Below, piece by piece: positions 1-13,002 of a stretch of DNA of 64,000 bases. The stretch comes from Basidiobolus meristosporus CBS 931.73. Taxonomy: Eukaryota; Fungi; Basidiobolomycota. The notes beneath the pieces are model-generated. The model made no database searches. It worked only from the letters and a program-made list of their open reading frames with translations, and was not told the origin of the DNA. Position 1 is the stretch's first letter, and every line of letters begins with the position of its first letter. Location: the NCBI GenBank assembly GCA_002104905.1, contig MCFE01000079.1:116379-180378 (forward strand), read 5' to 3'. Made by a program: the position numbers and the translations under genes.

Positions 1-170
1 TCGGGTTTAACTATAACCAACCATCTGATATATCTTGTGGGATGCCATATCAAATGAATTGTCGAGTAAAGAGAAAGAGAAAAAAAGATCAATGGAGCTG
101 ATAGAAACAGTCGCGAAGATAACCAAACACTTAAGCACTCGTTGCAGTCCGTTTGGTACTTTTTGACGAA

Positions 171-1035
171 ATGACCTTGACCAGAACTGACGGACGCAAA
201 AACGACGAAATCCGCCCACTCTATTGTTCGCAGGGTCTCTTGAACCGTGCCGATGGCTCAGCTCGCTTTGAACATGGTCCGTTTCAGTATCCCCCCAGCA
301 GACGAGTTTTCTTTAACACCCATCCCTTCCACTCTCTAGGAAAATCTGCAGTGCTTTGCGGTATCAACGGTCCAATGGAGGTCAGGCTTACCCAAGAAAA
401 GCTGGACAAGGCCACTTTGGAGGTAGTCTTTCGGCCCATGATTGGCTTACCTAGCACGCGGGAAAAGAAATATGAAGCGGTGATCCGGCGCACTTTTGAA
501 AACGCCATCCTAACTGGCCTGCACCCTCGTACTCTAATCCAGTTGAATGTACAAATTTTGTGGGACGACGGCTGTGTAAGTAGATTCACCCCGCCGGAAG
601 GTTTTTTCACCAGTGAAATCTAATCGGACCTTAACTGATATCCAGGCTCTTGCCACCGCCATCAATGCCGTTACTTTGGCGTTAATCGATGCGGGAATCC
701 CCAGTAAAAGTATTATCGCAGCCTCTACCTGTTTGATCACTGACGCAGGTGAATTGATTGTTGATCCCACCGCAAAGGAGCTTGAGGTAAGCGTCTAGTA
801 AAAAGAGCTATGAGCGCACTTGCTAACGAAATATTCCTAGGCCCCTCATTCATCCCTCCATACGTTTGCTTTCGATAGTGCCACACAAGAGGCAGTGTTT
901 TCGGAGTCCATAGGTTCTTACACTGAGGAGGAGTATTTCAGATGCCTGGATATTTGCTCCGCAGCAAGCGTCAAAGTCCAAGGCTTCCTGAGAACTGCAC
1001 TGGAAAAAAAACTCGAGAAAGAAAACCAATACTAG
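171..1035 (+). CDS. RRP46: Exosome complex RNase PH subunit Rrp46 (EXOSC5), 4 exons
   Basis: R.DGR..DEIRPL..SQGLLNRADGSARF, VLCGINGP, AINAVTLALIDAGIP motifs; GT-AG introns restore the frame; ends EKENQY-stop at 1035. Confidence 0.92.
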
Positions 1036-1251
1036 GCTTCAGCCACCTATAGACCCTAAGGAGATAGTTAGAAAACCTGTTAACAACGCATGACAGTGTA
1101 AAGCCAAACTCATGTACAATCCATCAATCAATTTGGTGTATCGGATTTGTAATACATACTACCAATCATTGATGTTCGCGAGATTCTCAACACATATTCT
1201 TGTACTTCACACCTTGACTATATTTTGTTTTAACAAATAAATACTCTTCCG

Positions 1252-1867
1252 ATGACTTCCCTTCGCACCTACGCAGTGGTGTCACTATTCTTCACCGTAT
1301 CCTATGCATTATCTCTATTTTCTGTATTCAGCAACACTTGGCTTCACTTCAGAACCCCTGAGCCTTTCAGACTAAGCGAACGCTATGGTTTGTGGGAAAA
1401 GTGCGATCTATTCGGACAGTGTAGATATTTTCCTGATGCCTCCAATGGAGATTGCAAAGAATACAACTTCTGCACCAAGTGGCACATTGCTCAAGCCAGT
1501 ATGGCCATCTCGGGTTTTCTAGGTGCCATGCTTTTGATCACCATACTTGGTCTGCTGTTTGCTAGCTACGCACGACAATATAAAGGTTGGCGCACGGTAG
1601 CCTCGCTTCTAATTTTGCACGGTAAGCTCGTTAACCAACACTATCATGATAACTGGACACTAAAACGGATTTTCTACAGCCGCCTGCCAGATTATTGGCA
1701 TGGTGTTCATTTCCGATCTTTACAACACCTCGTCTCGGTTTTATTATGGAACGAAGTATGATATATCCTTCATCTTTTGTATCCTCAGCTCGATACTTGA
1801 TGTCGTTTTGGCAGTGGGTATTACTGTGACGGCTATCACCAGCCCACCTGCTTATTATCCTTTATGA
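1252..1867 (+). CDS. Claudin/PMP22/SUR7-like tetraspan membrane protein, 2 exons
   Basis: W..GLW..C..C signature (YGLWEKCDLFGQC) and four hydrophobic segments; intron ~1622-1680 joins to AACQIIGMVF...PPAYYPL-stop. Confidence 0.75.
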
Positions 1868-2484
1868 GCGATGCGGAGGCTTTTCTTTCAAGAAGCCAAG
1901 AGGTCAATTGGATCATTTTCTACATTAATCAGATATGCATGCACTTCTGCATTCATACAATCTCTATAATAAATTTCGAACATAGCATTATCCTCTGGCA
2001 ATTCTCAAGCGAGGCGGTATTTTCTTATGCTACTTGAAGAGTTGATTATAAGCCTGGCGTTCAAGCAACGATGATTGTGACTCGAAGCTACGAGTAATCG
2101 AAACCATGGACCAATATGCAGCATCTCAAGTAATATCATCGGAGTTGTTGAAATTCTAGCTGTTTCTTTTTCCACCATATCTATCGCCAAGATCTCTTAT
2201 TGTATCTCACAACCTCACTGCCTTCATTGTTGCCTCTCCTCTTACCTTGCGATTTCCGGACCATATTCTCCACTATATGCTCCAGATGAAGTATTCTGAA
2301 ATAGTGGGTCAGAGTATTCTCGAGTACCAGATCCAATGGACCCTAGATTCGAGTTTCCGATAGGATACCCCATCTCTTAAAATCCATACACCTACCCAAA
2401 GCTCAACGCTTAAATACGTGTCAACACCTTTTTTTATCCCATTCTAGCTTGGTTTTGGTGCTTGCTACCCTTTGCTTTATCAAC

Positions 2485-4041
2485 ATGTCTCCAGTCGAAA
2501 AAAAACCCACCAACGAACCAGATGTCGTATCAAGGTGAATATTCTCTCTTGACGCTTTGCTGAAATCCAGTCTAGATTAAAACTCGTCGCCCTACTTTCC
2601 AGTGTGGAGACCACAGTAGACACCCAAGAGAAACCAGCTGATACGGTTAGTCGCAAACGCGAGAGAAGTGAGGAGCCGGAGGTAAGTCGGATCAATATAA
2701 GACTCAAAGGATCCATAATAAATTTCGTGCCGTTTGTGTTTCTTGGTCGCCCCTTCAACATAGGAACAAGCTGTATTGCCCGCGAAAAAGTAAGCACCGG
2801 ACATCACTAAATATTCTAGTTCCATTCTTACTGATCAACTTTATTGCAGATCGTATGTAGCATCTAGCCAAAATGGAGCCAGAATATAACTGTTGACTGA
2901 TCGATTTCCTTTCTAGCCGTGAGGGTTCGGTCGAGGGTGAGGAGAATGCCACCAAAGAGGAGGCTGGAGCTCAACAAGAGCAACCCAACAGCGAGGAGAC
3001 TGTAGAGGAGAAAAAAGCTCTTGATGATACCAAGGCCGAAGATTCGAAAGAGGAGAAAGAAAATAGTAAGCCAGCGGATGAGGATAAGTCAAAATCAGAT
3101 GAAGCTGCACCCAAAGATGAACAGAAGGATAGCAGTGAGGCGAAATCGAGTGATGATTCTAAACCTGACGACTCGGAGACCAATGGCGATAAGCCAAAGC
3201 CAATTTTCGGGGCCAAGTTTAGCGGATTCTCCTTCGGAAGCGCCACTACCAGCGCAGCCTCTGTTTTCTCGAGCGTGACTGACAAGCCTGCGTCGTTCGA
3301 GTCATTGCTCATGTCTGGCTCGTCCGCATTGGATACGGAAGAGAGCAAAGAAACCAGTACAGCTAACAATGAGATTGGCCAAGGAAATACCCCCAAAATA
3401 GATCTCCAAAAAGTTGAAGGTAGACTATCCATCGAAGCTGTTTCCAATCTATCCTCGCCAGTGCTAAGTCATTCGTGCATTCTAGTTACTACTGGTGAAG
3501 AGGGCGAAGATACACTCTTTCAAGTATGCTATTCACAAATCACGCGTTAGAAGGATGACGAGTCGGTATTGACAATCGCTTTGTCTAAAAGGTTAGGGCC
3601 AAGCTGTTTGTCCTGGATGCAGAGACCAAGGGCTGGAAAGAACGTGGAATAGGATTTTTGAAGCTGAACGTCAAGCATAACGACAAGAAAAGCGCCCGCT
3701 TGAGTGAGAAACATTCATCAGAAACCATTTCCTTATGAGCATTCTTACTAAACCCCGGCTCTTTCTAGTCATGCGTACAGAAGGAGTTTTGAAAGCAATC
3801 CTCAATGTAGTTGTTTTCGCAGACATGAAGTGTGAGTTGGTATCCGAGAAGTACGTGAGAATCGTTGCGTTCGAGGAGGGCCAGAAAATCGTTCAATACA
3901 CAATCAAGGTAACGAGGGATGCTGCGCCTGAGCCCTTCGACATTCTCTAACGCGAGTTGCCACTAGGTTGGGTCGAAAAACTCGGCTGAAGAACTCTGTG
4001 ACGCCATTGAGGGAGTCAAGAGCTCGCTCTCAGGGGAATAA
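2485..4041 (+). CDS. RanBP1-domain protein (Yrb2/RanBP3-like), multi-exon
   Basis: N-terminal RKRER NLS-like motif, acidic linker, FG motifs (FGAKFSGFSFG), RanBD motifs TGEEGEDTLF, WKERGIG.LKLN, RLVMRTEGVLKAILN. Confidence 0.85.
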
Positions 4042-4367
4042 TTGATGTCGATCCACATTATATGTATAGAATATGAAAATAGTACTTTTGCAAATAGATT
4101 ACATATGGTTCAGTCGTCATTGTTGTCTCTTGTGGACGTTATGAAACTTCCTACATGCGTCTCATCCTCCTGAATGGTTTATTTTTATGAGTGTTTTAAT
4201 CACGAAGCCAAGTGCGGGTCTCAAGTGCGGCTCAGTGTTTGGCCAGAGTAAAGACTAGGGGGGCCATATATCTCAAGAGAGAGATTAAAACGGTGGCCAT
4301 CGGCCCATCGTTCCCATTTCACCATGTCATTGCACTCCCAGTCGTCCTAAACCCCAAGAAAACAAGG

Positions 4368-6076
4368 ATGCTACTTGGAGTTCCTCTCTTGTATCTGATC
4401 CAGCTTTCCCAGTATTCTGAGGCGAGTTCCTTGTCTGCGGATTGTACATATTTAATCCAGTCCTTTTTCCGAAGTGTGGTTGTCGATCTCGGGAGCACTA
4501 AGCCCGATCAATCAAGTAACTGCTGTATACTTCCGGGTGTCAAGTGCGAAGAGGATCGCGTTACACAACTGGTGTTTTCGGGGAACATCTCTGGGAATCT
4601 ACCTCATGATCTCGGGAGGCTGGACTATCTATCCGTAATCTCCTTCGTGAACACCCGGCTTGCTGGGTCTATACCTTCGTCCATTGGCGAGTTGAGGCGA
4701 CTCAAATACCTGTAGGAGATTAATGCGGCCTTCATCAGACGCCATTTCTGACAGCCTCCTTAGGTCGCTCTCGAGCTCCGGGTTCTCAGGAGCACTTCCA
4801 CCAAGCTTGTTTAATCTACACCTTGAGTACCTGTGAGTGGAGTTTCATTTTCACATGGCTGTTTCCAATTCGCTAAACCTACCAGCAATCTGAGCAACAA
4901 CCAGCTAAGTGGAGAAATCCCTGCGTCAATATCCAACCTAGTAGCCGCCTCGTTCATGTAAATCACGCTCGTCTCATCCCATCACCCTGATGTTGCTACT
5001 AAGAACTCTTCTTCAGCGGTTTGAGCAACAATCATTTCACGGGGACTCTTCCACCATTTCAACTAAGCAGCGAAGGGGTTTGTCAGCTGGATGGGAATAA
5101 GATAGAGTGTCGAAGTATTGACGCGCCAGCGTGCAATTCAGCGAGTGCAATGGCAGTGTGTGCAACAGGTAAGTGGAGGTGCCAGCCTAGCCACAGACCA
5201 TGGATTGACTATGATTGCGTAGAACCAGGTCAAAACTCGAGATTGGATGATGTCCCAGCTTGGGGCATTGCACTTATCATCCTAAGCTCGTGTGTATTGG
5301 TGCTTACACTTGCATTGATAATATGGGTCTGCCACGAAAGATATGAAATAGGTGAGCCACCAAATCAACCGGGCATAACTATGGCCAGACACTGATCTTT
5401 TTTAGCAGAGCTCAGCTTTAGCGAGGAAGAACACCACGAATCCAAAATAGCCATTACCTCGGAAGAAACAACCACCCCCACATCCGAAGAAACGACCACC
5501 CCCACATCAACTCTAAATGGTATCGCCCCAATGGCCAGCGATGTATCAAGCGTACCCACAACAAATCCAACCGAGGATCGTGTTGCCAGAAACACCAGCT
5601 CTCCTGGCACCACAGCTACGAATAGATCCGTTTCCAGCATCAAAAGAGGATCAGAGTATATGCTTCACGACACTTCGCCAACTTCCTCTTGCAAAAGGAT
5701 TCGAATCTCCAATGAGAGCATTATAAGAATATTTCCTAACCCTCCGGGCACTGACCAGTTTCGCTTTTCTACTGAAACGGTACACACCACGCCCCCAGCC
5801 AAGGCATTGACCATCGAGACCCCGAGCGATACAGACACTCTTGCTACATCAAGCGCCAGTCAACCACCAAGCCCTTGGGACTCTATATTCCGTAACATCA
5901 TGACAAGATCCCAATCAACAGCGCCGCCAGTGCTCACATATCGCACAACTAGCGGCACCGTGGACAGACCCAACAGAAGATCAAATCTAGTGTACACCTC
6001 GAGGTCACCAGCCTATCTACGCCGTGCGAAATCCCGGAACCACTCTCGTCTTTCCCAGGTCTTCACGGAGATCTAA
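4368..6076 (+). CDS. Plant-type LRR single-pass membrane protein (receptor-like, no kinase domain)
   Basis: Signal peptide, Cys-containing N-cap (NCCILPGVKC), LRRs L.G.IP.SIG.L / LSNNQLSGEIP / LSNNHFTGTLP, TM WGIALIILSSCVLVLTLALIIWVC, Ser/Thr-rich tail joined by intron ~5352-5405. Confidence 0.8.
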
Positions 6077-6274
6077 TCCCCCAAGTCTCCACGAAGATCC
6101 AATCCACCCACCATTCAACGACCTCATGTGATCTCGACTTCATTTTTCTTTTTTTTCCTGAATCCCTAACCAGAGGGGCCAATCATCTGAACAGGTCCTG
6201 AAATTAAATCCCCCCTTTTGAACCACATTTTCTCCTTCTCTTCTTCCTACCTGACAGGTTGCTCCTTTTTTAAA

Positions 6275-7140
6275 ATGTAAGTTGCAGTCGGTGTACAGAA
6301 ACAGATATGCTTTACTTTAAACGATGGGTTTTATGAGGTTGGGCCAAGTGGTTTTGTTTTCGGAAGGATAAACACCGTCGACACGAACCCAAAAACATTG
6401 GGCAGCAGATACTGAGGCAGCTCGTAGACATCGCATTCATGTTACACCCAAACCAACGTACCTCCACCACCACCACCCCGTCTCTAACAACCAATTTTTC
6501 CAAAGGGTTTCTTTGAGCAGTCAGAAACGTTTGGCCGCTAGCGTCCTCAAGTGCGGTAAAAGAAAGGTCTGGATTGATCCCAATGAAGTTAACGAGATCG
6601 CTAACGCCAACTCTCGTGAGTAACCACTCGACCTACTCTTGTTCAGCACCATCGACTCACCAGTTGTCTTCTGCCCTGCTAGGTCAAAACATCAGAAAGC
6701 TTATCAAGGATGGTCTCATCATCAAGAAACCTAATGTTGTCCATTCTCGCTTCAGAGTTCGCGAGAAGCTCGCTGCCAAGCGCAAGGGACGTCACACTGG
6801 CACCGGTAAGCGTAGAGGTACTGCCGAGGCCCGTATGCCCACCCAGGTCCTCTGGATGCGCCGCCAGCGTGTCTTGAGACGCATGTTGAGAAAGTACCGT
6901 GAATCCGGCAAGATCGACAAGCACTTGTACCACTCCCTCTACATGAAATCCAAGGGTAATGTCTTCAAGAACAAGCGCGTCTTGATGGAGTTCATCCACA
7001 AGGCCAAGGCCGAGAAGCTCAGAGCCAAGCTTATCGCTGACCAAGCCGAGGCCCATCGTCTCAAGTCCAAGGCTGCTCGTGAACGTCGTGCTGAGCGTAT
7101 TCAAGCCAAGAAGGATGCCCTCCTTACTGGCGAGAACTAA
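6275..7140 (+). CDS. RPL19: 60S ribosomal protein L19 (eL19); start codon split by an intron (AT|G)
   Basis: [28 protein letters not shown]...[17 protein letters not shown]; introns 6277-6505 and ~6617-6682. Confidence 0.97.
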
Positions 7141-7356
7141 ATGGCATTTCGAGTCCGATTGCTGGAATATTAATAAAGTCTTCAAAGTGCAATCCATTAC
7201 TTTCATCTCCCACAGTCACTGATCCCCGGTCACGTGAGCGGCTCATCCCCTGGCAAAGGATTTTTTTTGCAAATCAATGGATGATGGCAACAATAAATCT
7301 AGTCAAGTTCTGGAAAAAGAAACCTTCTTTTCCACCTGGCCTGGTAGACGTGCAAA

Positions 7357-8034
7357 ATGGTAAGCAAACCTACAATGAACGGCCATTCGAAGCACAACCC
7401 ATTAGTCAGTTAGTGAGTTCGAGGGTTATGCTAGGAGGATGGATGGATGGATGGATGTTTCGCTTCAGAGGACAGTTGAAGTTCTAAGAATTTTCCCCGT
7501 ATTTTCTAGTCTCTCGTCGTTCCCGATAAGAATCAGTTCCAACACATTCTCCGTCTCCTCAATACCAACATTGACGGTAGAACCAAGGTCGTCTTCGCCT
7601 TGACCTCCATCAAGGGTGTTGGTAGACGTTACTCCACTATGGTCTGCAAGAAGGCCGATATCGACCTCACCAAGAGAGCTGGTGAACTTACCAACGAAGA
7701 GTTGGAACGTATCGTCACCATCATCCAAAACCCTCTTCAGTACAAGATCCCCAAGTGGTTCCTCAACAGACAGAAGGATATTGTTGACGGCAAGTACACC
7801 CAAGTATTGGCTAACGGTCTCGACAACAAGTTCCGTGAAGATTTGGAGCGCATGAAGAAGATCCGTGCTCATCGTGGTCTTCGTCACTACTGGGGTCTCC
7901 GTGTCCGTGGTCAACATACCAAGACTACTGGCAGAAGAGGCAGAACCGTTGGTGTCTCCAAGAAGAAGAGTAAGTCGTGTCGAATCGCTACCACCAACCT
8001 ACATATGCTGACCATCCCCCTCCATTTAGACTAA
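7357..8034 (+). CDS. RPS18: 40S ribosomal protein S18 (uS13)
   Basis: ATG|intron 7360-7509|[23 protein letters not shown]...[24 protein letters not shown]; last intron 7970-8029. Confidence 0.97.
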
Positions 8035-8261
8035 ACCTCTTGGACATCCCCAACCTTGCTTATTCTATCGTATTGATTCAAATCAACTCTGGCTGGTCTT
8101 GTATCAATGCATCTCTACATGCTACAATAAATCAAATTTTGGTAGTCAAGCAACCTATTCTAGCCACCTATTCTAGTTTCTTCTGCCTGGGTCTCCCCCT
8201 GAAATTGATAGCAGTACGTCATTCGTTGTTTTCTAAAATCGAGATCTGCTACTCTTGACCC

Positions 8262-8920
8262 ATGATGTTTCCCTCACTTGATAAAAACCCTGCTTACCAT
8301 CTGTTCCCTTACCATAAACCGAGCCGGCCAAGAACACTAGGTTTCGCCGAGTTCCATGCCGCTCACTTTCCCTCACGCGTTCACTTTTTCAGAGGCCTTG
8401 TGAATCCGTCCTTCACTGGTCCGTCCAATCCCAGCCAGCCTTGGCCGCAACATGATCGCCGAGTAGCGGAGCCATATGCTGACGACCAAGAGGACATTCC
8501 CGACGAGTTTACAGACGGCGAGGAAGGTGAAGAACTCAGCTTCCAGCTAAGCGAAGAAACTATTGCGATGTTCGCGTTCTCCGAGAAACACCGTTTAGAA
8601 CGTAAGTGGTTGATTATCTTGGGCCTTGTATATCGCTTGTGGGATATTAATTCGTGAGTTCTGCAGGAGAGGCCCAGAGGCTAGTAGAAGCGGAAGCCCA
8701 GCGTAAGGAAGACTCGGAGGCGCTCACAGTAGCCTTGAACTCACTTCCTACAATGACCTACAATCGCACCTCACCAGAAGAGTATTCTCAGCTCTATGGT
8801 CCCTCTGGCACCAAAATCGCCATGCTGGAGGCCACGTTAAACTTTGAGTACGAGAGGGGATGTTCTGAAGATGGGGTGAGGACTCCAAGCTTATGGCCAG
8901 TATTACCACTCCGTCTCTAA
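8262..8920 (+). CDS. GEMIN8: Gemin8-like SMN complex subunit, 2 exons
   Basis: Acidic stretch then LSEETIAMFAFSEKHR.ER and C-terminal LYG...KIAMLEATLNFEYER...P.LWPVLPLRL, matching recalled Gemin8 C-terminus (LYG..AAKIQAMEAA...YWPVIPLKF); intron 8602-8666. Confidence 0.75.
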
Positions 8921-9364
8921 AAAGGTAAATTTATTTTCTGTAAGAATGCACTGCGCGGTGATGACAGAACTCATCCTTGTTCTAAGAATGGAAGTGATTG
9001 AGCGATCCGACGTCTTTGGACAGCTCCATATGGTTGGCAATTCAATCACCTTCATGGCGAAGAAAAAACTGAGTGGGCCTTGAATTCTGAGCGCATTCGT
9101 TACCCTTCACCCTAACCAAACCCATCACTAACTCTGTTCTTTACCAAGGGCTATCATTGTAAATAGTATATATCATAAATGAATAAATTCCTGATTAGAA
9201 GCCAATAAATTATGCACCTTTTTGTACAAAAAATTGATCCTCTTGATACACGCGACATCCACAAACATCAAGTTTGGTATATTTGATCAAGAGTTACTCC
9301 ATTGTTACTTTACACTGGTTTTTTCTTTGTCCAGCTAGTAGTGTCATAGCTTTCTTCACGACAA

Positions 9365-12300
9365 ATGAGTGTACCAAATTCCTCAGCGACGACTTCACCA
9401 GATGCGGACAAAGTAGTTCTTAGTTATCTCAGCAAGAAGGGATATCGGCAGACTGAAACCATGCTTCGACACGAGGCGAAGGTTCAATCCCTGAACGAAC
9501 TTGTAGCGACGGATTTTACTTCTCAGGACGAAGCTTCGGTGCCTGATTACCTACTCTTTTATAACGAGGCTGAACAAGGAAATCCAGACGCCTATGGCGA
9601 TAGTTACCTAAGTTTAAGACGTTGGATTGAGAATTCTTTAGATCTGTACAAAGTACGCATTGGCATATTTTCTCCGTGACTTGGGAGACCTTTGACTCAG
9701 CCATTGTTATTTCATTTGAATAGGGGGAGCTCAAAGTAGTGCTCTATCCGATTTATATACACGCGTTTTTGGACCTAGTTTCCAAAGGCTACAGAGAACA
9801 AGGTGAGTGCCCAGATTTATAACCCATCTTGGGGTCGTTTCTCCCACGTCTTGCGCTAACCACGAAACATTCCTTCCTACTCGTAGCACAAGAATTCTTC
9901 AAGTCCTATAAAAGTGATCACGAAGAGTTTCATACACCAGATATTCAACGTCTGGAGGCGGTGACTGAACCGCAGCATGTAGAAGAGAATCCACTGGTGC
10001 AGATTTATCGAAAAAACAAGTACAATCTCAAGATGACCAACGTCACTTTTGAGTTATTCATATCTTTTCTCCAAGACAACAAGTTTATGCTCTTGTTGAG
10101 AATCGTGAATCAGTACTTAAACATTCAAGGTGCCGTGTTGTATACCCTCTGCTAATACACCAAATTGCTCTGCATCGATACTAACGTTTTGGCCGGGGAT
10201 TTGTAGTATCACCTGGTAAGCCAAACACATCCCCAGACATAGAGACAGAGGAAGGAGTTGGAATCACTGGGCACAAAACACACCAGCTAAAGGCATTCAA
10301 CCAACAACCTGTACAACTCGGTCAACTTCCACCCGATCCTGCTCTTAAGGATGAGGTTGAGCGTGCGCTCAAAGAAAATGACGAGAAGGCCAAGGCAGAT
10401 GTATATACATATAGCGTAGACTCGACACTACCATTTGCACAGGAAAATAATGAACGTTCTTTCATATAGGGGCCAGAGACGGATAGCATTGCATCATCGC
10501 TTGTTGAGGAATATAAGAAAGTAAAAGTGGACGGCGCTCAGGATGGCCCTACTAGAGAGGATATCCCGTTGCCACCAATGTTTGTAGCTACCTCTATCAC
10601 TTCCGGATCGATCCACATCTAAACTGCTTTCACACCTTGGTATTTGTAGCAAAGGGTTCGATATTCAGGCGGAGATAGATAGTATCGTTGACTTGAGAAA
10701 ACGTCTCAAATTAGGACCAGGCGCCTTACCGTCCATCTGCATGTATACATTTCACAATACCAGCGGAAGGTACAGAGTGGCCCATCAGTTCAGGAACGTC
10801 GGGTAGTTTCTGATGCTCTTTTCTAGCCTGAACTGCGTCTCAATGACTGAGGACGCGTCTTTGGTTGCTGGTGGGTTTTCCGAATCCTACATCAAGGTCT
10901 GGAGCTTGAAAGGAGAGAAACTAAAGGGCTTCAGAAGCAACTTCAATCCAGCACATATAAACGATGGTACCTGTGCATTTTCAGCGTTTACCGTCTAAAC
11001 GAAGCCATCCTGACGTTAATGCCTGTTTACAGCGTCGGACCTAAATAGGCTGAAGGAGCGCCAAGGGCACGAATACAAAAAGCTCATCGGTCATTCTGGA
11101 CCAGTGTTTGGGTTAAGTTTCAGTCACGACAATAAGTACTTGGTATCCAGCTCAGAAGACTCTACTGGTAACCCTACATAAATAATATTCGGTCGAATTT
11201 CGTCAGTAATCCCGTTTTCTACGATACCCAGTCCGGCTTTGGAGTATGGACACATATACCAACCTGGTAAGTTACAAAGGCCACAATTACCCGGTTTGGG
11301 ATGTGGATTTCGGGCCGTTTGGATTTTATTTCGCCACTGGCTTCACATGACCGCACAGCAAGACTTTGGAGCTGCGATCATATCTCACCATTGCGTATCT
11401 TTGCTGGCCATCTATCGGATGTTGATGTAAGTTTCATAGCTTGTTGATCGAAGAATCACTTATTAACCAAGAAAACAGTGCGTAAAGTTCCACCCGAACT
11501 CGAAATACCTGGTCACCGGATCCAGTGATAAAACATCCCGCTTATGGGATGTGCAACGTGGCACCTGTGTACGTGTGTTTACGGGCCATCTAGGCACTGT
11601 CTATGCACTTGCCGTGTCTCCCGACGGAAGGACCATGGCTTCTGCAGGTAATTCTATGAAAGCCCGACTAGCGCAAACAGCAATGCTGACCGATGTGTCT
11701 TACGTTAGGGGATGATAAATCCATCGTTCTCTGGGATTTGGGATCTGGCCGAAAAATCAAAAAGATGACTGGTCACCAAGGGACCATTCACTCGTTATCC
11801 TTTAGTAGTGAGGGTAGTGTTTTGGTATCAGGAAGCTCCGATTGGACGGTTCGAGTGTGGGATGTCAAGAAAGCGGAGGAAAGCGGGAATGACACCAAAG
11901 CACCACAGAAAAAGGATAGAAACGAGCACAACGGAAACGAAGATATCAAGTAAGCGCTATGTTCCCTTTGAAGCCAAGCAGCTATTTGTCTGACAAACTA
12001 TTCATCAATCAAGGGAGGAGAAGGCGGTCAAGTTAGTATTTTCCAGGACGTGATCTTACCTTTACCTTGTTTGCTCGGTACTGACATGGGTTCATAAACT
12101 AGCGGAGCTGAAAATGAGAAGGTGGACGCCATGGACGTGTACGTACCCTTTCTTTACGATATCGTAGAATGACCGATTGACGATTTTGTATTAGTGACGA
12201 AGAAAAGAAACCCAACGACCATCATGGACAAGATGAATCTTCTAATACTGGGTATGTTGTTTGACGAGCATTTGCCTCAACCTCTATTCCTATGTTTTCT

Positions 12301-12652
12301 GATATCCCCTTTTCAGAGACGCGAAGAAAGCCAAAGATACAACAAATCAAAGTGATGGGTTAGTTTTCGAGTTCTGTCATCCAATTCGATGTCCAGGCAC
12401 TAACCCGACTTGCATTTTATAGCGCCAAGAAGAAAGAGAAGAAGCCATCCGAAATCAATGCTAGGTAACTTTGAATGTATGCACTCATAGTGTTTGGACC
12501 ATTTGCTGAATTCACCCCTGCTGATCCCAACCAGTGCTGACCTCATGGGTACTTTCCCAACCAAACGAACATCCGTCTACAATGTACAATTCACTAGAAG
12601 AAACCTGGTTCTTGCCAGTGGAGCATTCCTTCCAGAAAAATCCCAACAATAG
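9365..12652 (+). CDS. TAF5: TFIID subunit Taf5 (LisH/NTD2 + WD40), many exons
   Basis: [18 protein letters not shown]-terminus, [18 protein letters not shown] repeats, C-terminal [24 protein letters not shown]. Confidence 0.95.
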
Positions 12653-13002
12653 CTTGAATGCTGAATGCTATCCGTTGGCTTTCTCTAAGCTGAGGCAGAG
12701 GCAAAAGCAAAAGCAATACCAATCTCTTTATGCACCTTGTCATGTTTACCAGTTTTGTGTCGGTGATTTGTGGTTTGTTGGTTCAAGATTAGATAATAAT
12801 TTTCACTTAGATTGGTTTGTAGGTGTACAAACAGTAGCTTATATAAAATCCCCCGATGAATCATGCTATAAAAGATCATGCAAAATTATGTGATTTTTAT
12901 TGAAGATTTAATATTTATTTTCATATTAGTGATATGCAGAGGTACAGCAAGGCGGCGGCTTTACTGATTACTCCATGGTATCATGTCGTTGATTAAACTA
13001 AT

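Noticed and set aside
2005-2370. Possible small spliced minus-strand gene
   Set aside because: A donor-like GTAAG exists but no spliced product gave a recognisable protein; may be promoter or UTR sequence
6277-6505. Intronic snoRNA in the long RPL19 intron
   Set aside because: A CTGA is present but I found no convincing box C (RTGATGA) or H/ACA layout; needs a snoRNA scan
7437-7458. (GGAT)n in the RPS18 intron resembling GGAT runs in the 101-bp telomeric monomer
   Set aside because: Simple microsatellite; no flanking similarity
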